NCBI GenBank assembly: GCA_027318645.1
Contig: DAHVOV010000133.1
Span: 1-46,634 of the forward strand
From: Candidatus Aminicenantes bacterium
GTDB taxonomy: Bacteria; Acidobacteriota; Aminicenantia; UBA2199
Length of the DNA: 46,634 nucleotides
Reading direction: 5' to 3'
A program made the position numbers and the translations under genes. Shown piece by piece: positions 28,651 through 38,276 of this stretch. The notes under the pieces are model-generated. The model was given only the letters and a program-made list of their open reading frames with translations. It had not been told where the DNA came from and ran no database searches. The stretch's first letter is position 1. Each line of letters starts with the position of its first letter.

Positions 28651-29460
28651 CTAGTTGACGGGCACGGGCACGGGTTCGCCCGCCGGCAGCTCGGTCGCCG
28701 GAACCTCCGCCGCCGGCGCCGGGACCTCGGCGGCGGCATGCTCCTTGGTCCAGCGGGCCTCGCAGGTCTTGCAGAGCTCGGTGATGTTCTTCAGCTCGCG
28801 CGCCTGGGCCACGGTGCCTTCGAAGATCTCGTCGGTCTTGCTGGTGTTGATGTGCTGGCAGTCGGAGTACAGGTGATACTTCGATCCCGACTTGGTCCAG
28901 TAGACGTGGTTCTGGCCGGTGAGCTGCTCGACCTGGGCCGTCTGCTGGGCATACTGCTCCTGCGACGGCGGGTTGAAGTCGATGCCGGTGAAGCCGGCGA
29001 TCAGCAGCGCCACCACGGCGACGGCGCCGACCAGGCCCTTCTGCTTGCCCTTCAGGTCCTTGTTGGTGAGGATGAGCAGCACCAGGGGCAGGAAGGCGAT
29101 GACGGCGATGATCGCGCCCAGCTGGTTCTGCACGAAGAACCGGACCTTCTGCTTCTCCGAGGCCGGGTCGAAGCGGTTGGCCTTCTTCCACAGCAGGTTG
29201 CCGATGACGGCGAAGACCAGGTCGGCGGCGATCAGCACGATGAGCAGCCACGTCTTGATCGGCTGCACCCGCAGCTGCAGGATGGCGGCGACCTCCAGCC
29301 CGATGGCCACGATCCAGGAGAGGACCGCGAAGAGGCGGAACTTCCCGGCCTTGGCCTTGCTCTCGGGAGCGGGGACGAATGTCCGCGCCTCGGCGGCGGG
29401 CGAAGAGGCCGCCTCTCCCTCCACGTGGGTCAGCTTTTTCTTGGTTCCCTTGTCTGGCAT
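28651..29460 (-). CDS. Membrane protein with C-terminal His/Cys metal-binding domain
   Basis: GGAGG RBS; four TM helices; VYWTKSGSKYH...C...LCKTC. Confidence 0.75.
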   Translation of the reverse strand: MPDKGTKKKLTHVEGEAASSPAAEARTFVPAPESKAKAGKFRLFAVLSWIVAIGLEVAAILQLRVQPIKTWLLIVLIAADLVFAVIGNLLWKKANRFDPASEKQKVRFFVQNQLGAIIAVIAFLPLVLLILTNKDLKGKQKGLVGAVAVVALLIAGFTGIDFNPPSQEQYAQQTAQVEQLTGQNHVYWTKSGSKYHLYSDCQHINTSKTDEIFEGTVAQARELKNITELCKTCEARWTKEHAAAEVPAPAAEVPATELPAGEPVPVPVN

Positions 29461-29604
29461 GTTGTTCCCTCCTGGTAGCCGGCATTGTAATACAAATGGG
29501 AGAAAAAATAAACAGGCAGAAGATCCGTCGCCATGCCGGGCTGGACACGGGCCGCCGACGAGGAGCGAATTGACATTCGCCACCGGCCTCACTATAGTGA
29601 CGCG

Positions 29605-30621
29605 ATGAGTGAAAACGCGAGGGTGTGGCTGCTCTTGCTGCTGGTCGGGATCGCCTGGGCCGGATTCGCCGGAGGCATCATGCCCGGGAAGCTTGATGAT
29701 GTGGCCGGCTCCATCGCCCAGTCCGTCGTGGTCAAGGTGGAGCGCATCAGCACAAGGGAGGTCTTCGAGAAGTGCAAGCGAATCCCGGCCCGCACCTACA
29801 TGGACATGCAGTGCCTTGCCCTGCGGACGCTCTATGGCCCCGAGGCGCCGGACACGCTGCATGTCCGGCTGACGCTCGACGCCTGGGCCTGGTACGACGA
29901 GAATTGCAGGGAGCAGGGGCACGCCTGGCTCCTGGTGCCGCATTCGGGGATCGAGTACGAACTGAAAGAGGGCCAGTCCTATGTCTTCAGCTTCAAGGAT
30001 TCCGCTGGGGCGGGGAGCGCGGAAGCCCCCCGGGAGCTGCTGCGGGCCGACCGGGAACAGGACGCCCATGCCGTGCAGGACGCCGTCTGGCAGGCGCATC
30101 GCACGGACGAGAAGCCGATCCTGAAGGAGGTGGCCCAGGCCCTGGTCGCCGAGATCGTCTCCCTGGAGCAGGAGAATCCGCTTCATTCCCAGGACGGCGG
30201 CCCGGAAGGCGGCTGCCCTCCCGCGGCCTTTGACCGCTTCTACCGCTGCCGGGCCATCCGCTTGCTTGCCGGCCCTCCCCTGTCGGGGGAATTCAAGGTC
30301 TCCGTCCTCATGCTGAACCCGAGCGCGGAATGCCGGACCCGCAAGTCGTTCATCCTGGAGCGCGGCGGCGACGCGGCGTTCGTCGCCGAGCCCGAACTCA
30401 AGGTCGGCGGCCGCTACTGCTTCCTCTCCTTCGAGGCCGCCCGGCCGGAGGATGCGGCCGCCTATCTGCCGGCCTGCTGGGTGGACGCGGAAGGCAGGGC
30501 CGACAGCCTAAGCGACAAGATCAGGAAGTGGAGGACCCCGGCCGGGGAGGAAGCTCGGCATCCGAGCAGCTGGGCAGCCTTCCTTTTGAACAGGCTGGAA
30601 TCATCCTGCGGCAGGGAGTGA
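29605..30621 (+). CDS. Secreted Cys-rich hypothetical protein with internal duplication
   Basis: TTGACA-17-TATAGT-6 nt-ATG; signal peptide; ELKEGQSYVFSF vs ELKVGGRYCFLSF. Confidence 0.6.
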   Translation: MSENARVWLLLLLVGIAWAGFAGGIMPGKLDDVAGSIAQSVVVKVERISTREVFEKCKRIPARTYMDMQCLALRTLYGPEAPDTLHVRLTLDAWAWYDENCREQGHAWLLVPHSGIEYELKEGQSYVFSFKDSAGAGSAEAPRELLRADREQDAHAVQDAVWQAHRTDEKPILKEVAQALVAEIVSLEQENPLHSQDGGPEGGCPPAAFDRFYRCRAIRLLAGPPLSGEFKVSVLMLNPSAECRTRKSFILERGGDAAFVAEPELKVGGRYCFLSFEAARPEDAAAYLPACWVDAEGRADSLSDKIRKWRTPAGEEARHPSSWAAFLLNRLESSCGRE

Positions 30622-30628
30622 CGACAGC

Positions 30629-31453
30629 ATGCAGGGAGGATACGGGAACCCCGAGGATCAGCTGGCGCATTACACCTGCTTCCGCGCGCCGGGCCCCATC
30701 CGCGTCGACGGCCGCCTCGACGAGGAGGCATGGCGGGAGGCGCCGCTCTCGCCGCCGTTCGTCGACCTGGTGACGGGCGCCCCGGCGCCGCTGGACACCC
30801 GCATCGCCTGCCTGTGGGACGACCGCGCCCTGTACGTCGCCTTCCGCGTCGAGGAGCCCCATGTCCGCGCCACGCTCACCCGGCGCGACTCGTTCGTCTG
30901 GAACGACAACGACGTCGAGGTCTTCATCGCCGGGGACGACTGCTATTACGAGTTCGAGATCAACGCCCTGGGCACGGTCTACGAGGCATTCTTCGTCTGG
31001 CAGGACGCTCTGAAGCCGGGCGGCCGCTTCGACGCGCCCGAGTACGACCCGCGGCGGCGCGACGTCGACCTGCTGGGCGGCTTCCAGGACGCTTCGCGCT
31101 TCGGCCGCCACCCGCGCGGCAAGCGCTGGGCCTTCCTCGACTGGGACCTGCAGGGGCTGGAGGCCGCCGTTCACGTCGACGGCCCGCTCAACGACCCCGC
31201 CCGTGCCGGCTCGGGCTGGACCGTCGAGCTGGCCTTTCCCTGGCAGGGGCTGGGTCCGCTGTTCGCCGGCCGCCCGCTGCCGCCCCGCGAGGGCGACGTC
31301 CTGCGCGTCGACTTCTCGCGCTTCGAGCCGCTGGGCGACCCGGCGCGCAAGCCGGCGCCGGGCTGGTGCCTGAACGCCCACGGCGTCTACGACTCGCACA
31401 TCCCCGAGTGCTTTTCCTTCGTGCACTTCAGCGGCCGGGCGGCCGGGCGCTGA
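30629..31453 (+). CDS. Carbohydrate-binding family 9-like protein
   Basis: IRVDGRLDE..W, WDDRALYVAF, DVEVFI, YYEFEINALGT, WTVELAFPW. Confidence 0.85.
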   Translation: MQGGYGNPEDQLAHYTCFRAPGPIRVDGRLDEEAWREAPLSPPFVDLVTGAPAPLDTRIACLWDDRALYVAFRVEEPHVRATLTRRDSFVWNDNDVEVFIAGDDCYYEFEINALGTVYEAFFVWQDALKPGGRFDAPEYDPRRRDVDLLGGFQDASRFGRHPRGKRWAFLDWDLQGLEAAVHVDGPLNDPARAGSGWTVELAFPWQGLGPLFAGRPLPPREGDVLRVDFSRFEPLGDPARKPAPGWCLNAHGVYDSHIPECFSFVHFSGRAAGR

Positions 31454-31507
31454 GAGCGGGAAAGGGAACGATCCGGCGGGGCGGCGCGCGGCGGGGAGCC
31501 GGGAAGC

Positions 31508-31966
31508 CTACAGCGCGAATCCGAGCGTGAAGCCGAAGGAGAGGTCGCTGAACAGCTCCTTCCAGGCGGTCAGCATGTAGGCGCCCAGGCGGAACTTGCT
31601 GGCGCGGACCCCGGCCTGGAGCTTCAGCTCCAACGGGATCGACAGGCCGGTGGACTTCAGCCAGATCTCCTTGACGATGCCGGCGCCGACGAACAGCTGG
31701 CCGCGGGTGAAGTTGAAGGTGCCGCCCGGCGCCAGGAGCAGCGAGTCGGTCTCGAACTTGTTGTTCACGTACAGCGTGCACTCCGGGCTGACCATGAACA
31801 GGCCGCCGACGGCGACGTCGAAGGTGACGTTCCCCGAGAAGACCAGCGGCTTGAAGTCGAAATCGCCGCGGGTGAGGATGCCGAAGTTGGCGCTGACGTC
31901 GATGCTCTGCGCCTGGACCAGGCCGGCGCTCGCGAGAACGATGATGACGATCCATGCTTTTTTCAT
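31508..31966 (-). CDS. Small outer-membrane beta-barrel protein
   Basis: Signal peptide, alternating beta-strands, C-terminal FGFTLGFAL; GGAGG RBS; TTGATT-17-TACCAT promoter at 32016-31988. Confidence 0.7.
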   Translation of the reverse strand: MKKAWIVIIVLASAGLVQAQSIDVSANFGILTRGDFDFKPLVFSGNVTFDVAVGGLFMVSPECTLYVNNKFETDSLLLAPGGTFNFTRGQLFVGAGIVKEIWLKSTGLSIPLELKLQAGVRASKFRLGAYMLTAWKELFSDLSFGFTLGFAL

Positions 31967-32036
31967 GCGCCCTCCTGGGACCGCGTAATGGTAGACGAGG
32001 GGAAACGAAAAATCAAGCCCCGGCGCGCGCGGACGT

Positions 32037-32570
32037 TCAAGGGCCGGCCGCGCGAAAGCGATCCGCGGCGACGTGCCACTCCCACTCGCGCTCACCGTCG
32101 TCCATGTCCGGGCGCGCCGCCGGCCGGCGCGTCGCGGGATCGAGCTTCCCATAGTCGCCCGCGGCGCGGAAGCGGACGACGCCGGCGCCCACCCAGCGGA
32201 TGTCGCTCCACGAGTACGGGTAGGGTTCGACGCGGGAGAGGGGAGCGCCCGCGGCCAGCTCGGCGAGGCGGTAGAGGTTGACCGCCTGGTGCCCCTCGCC
32301 GCTGGAAACGGACAGCAGCAGGTCCTTGCCGGGGGAGACGAGCGCCTGGTCGATCGCGGCCAGCTCGTCGGGGAGCTCGGGCACGACCAGGTTGCCGGCC
32401 GCGTCGACCAGCGCCAGGAGGTCGCGGCCGGGCGGGCCCTGGACGTTGCCGATGACCACGATCTCCCGGCATGAGGGCGCATCCACCGCGATGCGGCGCA
32501 GGTTGGGGAACTCCGCGGCCGCTCCGGTCGCGGCCGCCAGCAGCAGCACCGTCCAGGGAATCCGTTTCAT
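32037..32570 (-). CDS. Secreted hypothetical protein
   Basis: GAGGAGG RBS; signal peptide; host-like codon usage. Confidence 0.6.
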   Translation of the reverse strand: MKRIPWTVLLLAAATGAAAEFPNLRRIAVDAPSCREIVVIGNVQGPPGRDLLALVDAAGNLVVPELPDELAAIDQALVSPGKDLLLSVSSGEGHQAVNLYRLAELAAGAPLSRVEPYPYSWSDIRWVGAGVVRFRAAGDYGKLDPATRRPAARPDMDDGEREWEWHVAADRFRAAGP

Positions 32571-32722
32571 GGCCGCCTCCTCGCCAGGGCGCCGCGCGGG
32601 CGCCGGCGTACACTGTACCGGCGGCGCGGATGTTTTTCAAGGGAGCCTTATTTGTCACCGGCGCGGTTTTGGTTTATAATCGCTCCTTAGCACGATCCCC
32701 TTCATCTTTCCGGAGAACGCGA

Positions 32723-34105
32723 GTGGACAATTCCCAGGAACTGGGCCAGGCCCCGGTCGGAAAACTGCTCTGGAGGTATTTCGTCCCCGCCATCATCGGC
32801 GTGGCGGCCAATACCCTCTACAACCTCGTCGACCGCGTCTACATCGGCCAGGGCGTCGGGCCGCTGGCCCTTTCCGGCCTGACCGTCACCTTCCCGATCA
32901 TGATCATCGCCATGGCCTTCGGCATGCTGGTGGGCATGGGCTCGGCCGCGCTGGTGTCGATCCGCCTGGGCGAGGGGAAGCGCGGCGAGGCGGAGAAGAT
33001 CCTGGGCCATGCCTTCGTGCTGCTGGCCGGCATCTCCCTGGCCGTCAGCGTCCTGGGGCTGCTGCTGCGCGATCCCGTCCTGAGGATATTCGGCGCCGGC
33101 GCGCAGACGCTTGGCTACGCCCGCGAGTACATCACCATCATCCTGCTGGGCAACGTGTTCCAGGGCGTGGGCTTCGGCCTCAACAACCTGATCCGCGCCG
33201 AGGGCCACGCCCGCGTCGCCATGACCACCATGATCCTGGGCGCCGCGATGAACATCGTCCTCGACCCGATCTTCATCTTCGTGTTCAAGATGGGGGTGGC
33301 CGGCGCCGCCCTGGCCACGGTGATCTCCATGGCCGCCACCTGCGCCTGGGTGCTGGCCCACTTCACCGGCCGGCGCGGCCTGCTGCGGCTGCGGCGGCGC
33401 AATCTCCGCCTGGAGCGGCCCATCGTCCGCGACATCTTGGCCATCGGCATGGCTCCGTTCGCCATGCAGCTGGCCGGCAGCGTGGTCAACGCCCTGTTCA
33501 ACATCCAGCTGATCCGCTTCGGCGGCGACCTGGCGGTGGGCGCCATGGGCATCATCAACGGCGCGGCCATGATGGCCGTCTTCTGCGTGATCGCCGTCAA
33601 CATGGCGGCGCAGCCGATCATCGGCTTCAACTACGGGGCGCGGCAGTTCCTGCGGGTGAAGCGGACGCTGAAGATCGCGCTGGTCGCCGCCGCCGCCATC
33701 ACCGGCGCCGGCTTCCTGCTGGTGCAGCTCTTCCCGGCGGCCATCATCGGCCTGTTCAGCCGCCACGATCCCCGGCTGCTGGCCATCGGCACGCGCGGCA
33801 TGCGCATCCTGCTGGCCGCCTTCCCGGCGGTGGGGCCGCAGGTGGTCAGCTCCAACTTCTTCCAGGCCATCGGCAAGGCCCGCATCTCCATGGTCCTCAA
33901 CATGCTGCGGCAGGTGATCCTGCTGATCCCGCTGGTGCTGCTGCTGCCGCCGCTGCTGGGCATCGACGGCGTCTGGCTGGCCGGCCCGCTGGCCGACGCA
34001 TCGGCCGCGGTCATCACCGCCTGGGCCATCAAGCGCGAGGTGCGGCACCTCAACCGGCGCTGGCACGAGGGCCGAGCGTCGCTGGCCGTCGACCCCATCG
34101 CCTGA
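32723..34105 (+). CDS. MATE family efflux transporter (MepA-like)
   Basis: GTG after GGAG; LYNLVDRVYIG, NIVLDPIFIF, GVAGAALAT, QPIIGFNYGA, FFQAIGK, LRQ. Confidence 0.92.
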   Translation: MDNSQELGQAPVGKLLWRYFVPAIIGVAANTLYNLVDRVYIGQGVGPLALSGLTVTFPIMIIAMAFGMLVGMGSAALVSIRLGEGKRGEAEKILGHAFVLLAGISLAVSVLGLLLRDPVLRIFGAGAQTLGYAREYITIILLGNVFQGVGFGLNNLIRAEGHARVAMTTMILGAAMNIVLDPIFIFVFKMGVAGAALATVISMAATCAWVLAHFTGRRGLLRLRRRNLRLERPIVRDILAIGMAPFAMQLAGSVVNALFNIQLIRFGGDLAVGAMGIINGAAMMAVFCVIAVNMAAQPIIGFNYGARQFLRVKRTLKIALVAAAAITGAGFLLVQLFPAAIIGLFSRHDPRLLAIGTRGMRILLAAFPAVGPQVVSSNFFQAIGKARISMVLNMLRQVILLIPLVLLLPPLLGIDGVWLAGPLADASAAVITAWAIKREVRHLNRRWHEGRASLAVDPIA

Positions 34106-34154
34106 ACCGCGGCCGCCGGTTGCCATTTCCCCGGCGTTCGCCTACAATCCGGGC

Positions 34155-34919
34155 ATGGACCCGAGGCTGAAGGAAAGGTTTGCCGCGCTGTTCGCGAGGT
34201 ATTTCCCCGGCGCCGAGCCGCCGGTCGCCTTCTTCTACGCCGACGCGCCGCCGCCCGGGATGAAGACGGAGCCGAAGAGCAAGGGCTGGCGCTGCTTTAT
34301 CGCCGACCTGGGCCGGGCGCGGAAAGGGGAGCCCCTGTGCCTGGACGAGCCGGCGCTCGGCTGCGGCAAGCGCTTCTGCGGCTTCCCGGCGCCGCAACGG
34401 CCCGATTTCGAGCACTTCCTGTCGTCGGGCATCCCCGGCAAGATGGAGGGGGAGCGCTACAAGAAGGACCCCGCCACGGTGCGCGAGCTGATGAAGCACA
34501 TGCCGGAGTGGCAGGCACCGGGGCGCTGCCTGGTGCTGAAGCGCTGGGACGCGCTGGCGGGCGCCGACGAGCCCGAGGCGGCGATCTTCTTCGCCGCGCC
34601 CGACGCCTTGTCCGGCCTGTTCACCCTGGCCAACTTCGAGGAGACCGATCCGTTCGGCGTCATCGCCCCCTTCGCCTCGGGCTGCGCCTCGGTGATCCAG
34701 TACCCCTTCCTGGAGAACCGCAAGGCCGCCCCCCGCTGCGTGCTGGGCATGTTCGACGTCTCGGCCCGCCCCTGCGTCGGCGCCGGCGAGCTCACCTTCG
34801 CCGTGCCGATGAGGAAGCTCGAGCGCATGATCGGCCAGATCGAGGAAAGCTTCGTGACCACCCGCTCCTGGGAGAAGGTGCTGCGCCGCCTGCGCGCCGC
34901 CGCCGGCGCCGGGGGCTGA
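34155..34919 (+). CDS. DUF169 domain protein
   Basis: Conserved Cys; GERYKK, PDALSGL, PFASGC, GMFDVSAR; TTGCCA-17-TACAAT-6 nt-ATG. Confidence 0.8.
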   Translation: MDPRLKERFAALFARYFPGAEPPVAFFYADAPPPGMKTEPKSKGWRCFIADLGRARKGEPLCLDEPALGCGKRFCGFPAPQRPDFEHFLSSGIPGKMEGERYKKDPATVRELMKHMPEWQAPGRCLVLKRWDALAGADEPEAAIFFAAPDALSGLFTLANFEETDPFGVIAPFASGCASVIQYPFLENRKAAPRCVLGMFDVSARPCVGAGELTFAVPMRKLERMIGQIEESFVTTRSWEKVLRRLRAAAGAGG

Positions 34920-34999
34920 ACCTTTCATGCCGGCGGCGAGTAGTAGGAGATGAAGCCCGCGCCGACGCGGGCAAGTCCAACCAATCGTGGAGGTGGACC

Positions 35000-36652
35000 G
35001 TGACGCGATCGCAGCGGATGATGCTTGCCCAAACCGTGTTCTTCTGCTTCGTGCTGCTGGGGCTCTTTCTCGCCCCGCTCGCCGCCCTCGATGACGCGCG
35101 CCTGCTGCGCAATCCCGACGTCTGCGCCGGGCGCATCGTCTTCCAGTACGGCGGCGACCTGTGGACCTGCTCCCTGGCCGGCGGCCCGGCCGCGCAGCTG
35201 ACCAGCCATCCCGGCTCGGAGTCGTCGCCGTTCTTCTCGCCCGACGGCCGCTGGGTCGCCTTCAGCGGCCAGTACGACGAGAACATGGACGTGTATGTCG
35301 TGCCGGCCGCCGGCGGCGAGCCGCGGCGGCTGACGTTCCACCCCGGCGCCGACCAGGTCACGGGCTGGTCCGCCGACGGCCGCTCGGTGCTGTTCGCCAG
35401 CACCCGTGCCAGCAGCAACCGCTACGCGCGGATCTTCCGCGTCCCCGTCGAGGGCGGCAACCCCGAGGAGATGCCCATGCCCATGGCCTGGCTGGGCTCG
35501 ATGTCCGCCGACGGCCGCCTCTTCGCCTACACGTCGCTCTCCAACCGCCAGTCCTTCGAGACCTGGCGCCGCTACCGCGGCGGCAATGCGCCGTTCATCT
35601 GGGTCCTGGACCTGAAGACGCTCGCCGCCGACAAGGTGCCCCACCCCGGCAGCAACGACACCTTCCCGCGCTTCTCCGGGGAGTGGGTGTACTTCCTGTC
35701 CGACCGCGACCGCGTCATGAACCTGTACCGCTACAGCGCCGGGAGCCATGAGGTTGAGCCGCTGACGCGCTTCACCGGCGCCGACGTCAAGTCCTTCGGC
35801 GTGCGCGACGGCGTCGTCGTCTTCGAGCGCGAGGGACGCCTGCACCTGCTGCGCGACGGCGCGGTGACGAAGCTGGCCGTCGACGTCCCCAGCGAGCGCG
35901 TCCTCGCCCGGCCGGGGATCGTCCCGGCCGGGGAACTGATCTTCAGCGCCCACCTCTCCCCCGGCGGCAAGCGCGCCGTGTTCGAGGCCCGCGGCGAGAT
36001 CGTCACCGTGCCGGCGGAGAAGGGGGACATCCGCAACCTCACCCGCACGCCGGCCAGCGCCGAACGCGAGCCGGCCTGGTCGCCCGACGGCGGCTCGATC
36101 GCCTACTTCAGCGACGAGCCGGGCGAGTACGCCCTATTCATCCGCGACCAGAAGGGAGAGCGGTCCCCCCGCGTCATCGCCCTGCCCGAGAAGGCGTACT
36201 ATGGCGCGCCGCTGTGGTCCCCCGATTCCAAGCGCATCGCGTTCGTCGACAACCGCCAGGCGGTCTACCTGGCCGACGTCGCCTCCGGCAAGGTCGGCCG
36301 CGTCGCCGTCGACCCCAAGTTCATCTGCGTCCCCGAATACTCCTGGTCGCCCGACTCGCAGTGGCTGTGCTACACGCGGCACGGGGCGAACAACCTGCGC
36401 GACCTCTGGCTGTACCGCGTCGCCGACGGCAAGGCGTTCCGCCTGACCGACGGCATGAGCGACGCCTTCTCCCCGACCTTCGACCGCAACGGCAAGTTCC
36501 TCTATTTCGCCGCCTCGACCAACCTGGCCCACGACATGGGCTGGGTCGACCTCTCCGAGTACCCCCACGAGCCGGTGGCCAACCTCTACCTGGCGGTCCT
36601 GTCCGCCGCCGAGCCGTCGCCGCTGAAGGCGCAGAGCGACGAGGAGGAGTGA
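35000..36652 (+). CDS. Tricorn protease N-terminal half (signal peptide, PD40 beta-propellers)
   Basis: FSPDGRWVAF, RRLTFHP, WRRYRGG, PAEKGDIRNLT, WSPD repeats. Confidence 0.75.
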   Translation: MTRSQRMMLAQTVFFCFVLLGLFLAPLAALDDARLLRNPDVCAGRIVFQYGGDLWTCSLAGGPAAQLTSHPGSESSPFFSPDGRWVAFSGQYDENMDVYVVPAAGGEPRRLTFHPGADQVTGWSADGRSVLFASTRASSNRYARIFRVPVEGGNPEEMPMPMAWLGSMSADGRLFAYTSLSNRQSFETWRRYRGGNAPFIWVLDLKTLAADKVPHPGSNDTFPRFSGEWVYFLSDRDRVMNLYRYSAGSHEVEPLTRFTGADVKSFGVRDGVVVFEREGRLHLLRDGAVTKLAVDVPSERVLARPGIVPAGELIFSAHLSPGGKRAVFEARGEIVTVPAEKGDIRNLTRTPASAEREPAWSPDGGSIAYFSDEPGEYALFIRDQKGERSPRVIALPEKAYYGAPLWSPDSKRIAFVDNRQAVYLADVASGKVGRVAVDPKFICVPEYSWSPDSQWLCYTRHGANNLRDLWLYRVADGKAFRLTDGMSDAFSPTFDRNGKFLYFAASTNLAHDMGWVDLSEYPHEPVANLYLAVLSAAEPSPLKAQSDEEE

Positions 36653-36724
36653 AAGAAGGAGGAGAAGAAGGAGGCGGACAAGAAGAAGGGAGAGGAGGGC
36701 AAGAAGGCCGCCGCGGCCGCGCCC

Positions 36725-38266
36725 GTGCGCATCGACCTGGAGGGGATCGCCGGACGCATCATCGCCCTGCCCGTCCCCACCCGGCCCTATGTCAGCCTCC
36801 AGGCCGGGGAGAACAAGCTCTTCTACAGCGAGCGCGTCAAGCGCCGGCGCAGCGAGACCGAGGTCGACGAGAGCGTCACCCTGAGCGTCTTCGACCTGGA
36901 GAAGCGCGAGAGCGAGGTCCTGGCCGGCGACATCGCCTCCTTCGAGCTCTCCGCCGACGGCAAGAAGATGCTCACCCGCCATAAGCGCGACTGGTTCATC
37001 GTGGACGCGGCCAAGGCCGAGCCCGGCAAGGGCCGGCTGCGGACGCAGGAGATCGCGGTCTACCGCGAGCCGCGGAGCGAATGGCGGCAGATGCTGCGCG
37101 ACGCCTGGCGCATCGAGCGCGACTACTTCTACGATCCCGGCATGCACGGCCAGGACTGGCCGGCGGTCTGGGAGCGCTACGAGTCGTACCTGCCCTATGT
37201 CTCCCACCGCGACGACCTGAACTACCTCATCGGCCAGATGATCGGCGAGCTCTGCGTGGGCCACGCCTACCGCGGCGGCGGCGAGCAGCCGCGCATCAAG
37301 CAGGCGCCGGTCGGGCTGCTGGGCGCCGACATCGGCGTCCGCGACGGCCGCTTCTACCTGAAGAAGGTCTACCGCGGCGAGAGCTGGAACCCCGAGCTGC
37401 GCTCGCCCCTTTCCGAGCCGGGCAGCCGCGTCGAGGAGGGAAGCTACCTGCTGGCCGTGGACGGCCGCGAGCTGGACCCGGCCGCGAATTTCTACTCCTA
37501 CTTCCTGGGCAGCGCCGGCCGCCAGGTGCGCCTGCTGGTCAACGACAGGCCGCAGCCGGCCGGCGCCCGGGAGGTGACCGTGGTCCCCATCGAGAGCGAG
37601 GGCGACCTGCGCTTCCGCGAGAAGATCGAGGAGAACCGGCAGCTGGTGGAGAAGCTCAGCGACGGCCGGCTCGGCTACGTCTACCTGCCCGACACGGCGG
37701 TGGACGGCTACACCTTCTTCAACCGCTACTACTTCTCGCAGCTGTCGAAGCAGGGGATGGTCCTCGACGAGCGCTTCAACGGCGGCGGCTACGCCGCCGA
37801 CTACATCATCGACCTGCTGCGCCGGCCGCTGATGAACTACTGGCAGGGGCGCTGGGGCGAGCTGGGCCGGACGCCGCAGGCGGCGAACTTCGGGCCCAAG
37901 GCCATGCTGGTCAACGAGTACGCCGGCTCGGGCGGCGACGCCATGCCCTATTATTTCAAGCAGCAGAAGATCGGCCCGCTGGTCGGTAAGCGCACCTGGG
38001 GCGGCCTGGTCGGCATCACCGATTACCCGCCGCTGATGGACGGCGGCTACGTGACGGCGCCGTCGGTCTCCTTCGTCGACGTCGACGGCCGGCACACGGT
38101 GGAGAACGAGGGCGTGGCGCCCGACATCGAGGTCGAGTGGACGCCGTCCGCGGTGATCGCCGGCCATGACCCGCAGATCGAGAAGGCGGTGGCCTGGCTG
38201 CTGGAGGAGCTGGGGAAGAACCCGCCCCGCGAGTACAGGCCCGAGCCGTTCCCGCGCGGCCGCTGA
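36725..38266 (+). CDS. Tricorn protease C-terminal half (C1, PDZ, S41 peptidase)
   Basis: FYDPGMHG.DW, GELCVGH, DERFNGGG, AGSGGD (catalytic Ser), RTWGG, ENEGVAPD, DPQIEKAV. Confidence 0.75.
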   Translation: MRIDLEGIAGRIIALPVPTRPYVSLQAGENKLFYSERVKRRRSETEVDESVTLSVFDLEKRESEVLAGDIASFELSADGKKMLTRHKRDWFIVDAAKAEPGKGRLRTQEIAVYREPRSEWRQMLRDAWRIERDYFYDPGMHGQDWPAVWERYESYLPYVSHRDDLNYLIGQMIGELCVGHAYRGGGEQPRIKQAPVGLLGADIGVRDGRFYLKKVYRGESWNPELRSPLSEPGSRVEEGSYLLAVDGRELDPAANFYSYFLGSAGRQVRLLVNDRPQPAGAREVTVVPIESEGDLRFREKIEENRQLVEKLSDGRLGYVYLPDTAVDGYTFFNRYYFSQLSKQGMVLDERFNGGGYAADYIIDLLRRPLMNYWQGRWGELGRTPQAANFGPKAMLVNEYAGSGGDAMPYYFKQQKIGPLVGKRTWGGLVGITDYPPLMDGGYVTAPSVSFVDVDGRHTVENEGVAPDIEVEWTPSAVIAGHDPQIEKAVAWLLEELGKNPPREYRPEPFPRGR

Positions 38267-38276
38267 CGGCGGCGGC

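Larger units (their letters stand above)
35000..38266 (+). pseudogene. Tricorn protease (S41) gene interrupted by one in-frame TGA at 36650-36652 (nonsense allele, readthrough or sequencing error)
   Basis: Both halves share one frame; the stop lies in the EEE*KKEEKKEADKKK linker; GTG35000 after GGAGG. Confidence 0.7.

Noticed and set aside
36650-36700. Tricorn TGA as selenocysteine or as evidence of genetic code 4/25
   Set aside because: Downstream sequence is nearly all purine and cannot form a SECIS hairpin; the site is not a Cys position; TGA ends many other genes here and Trp is TGG.
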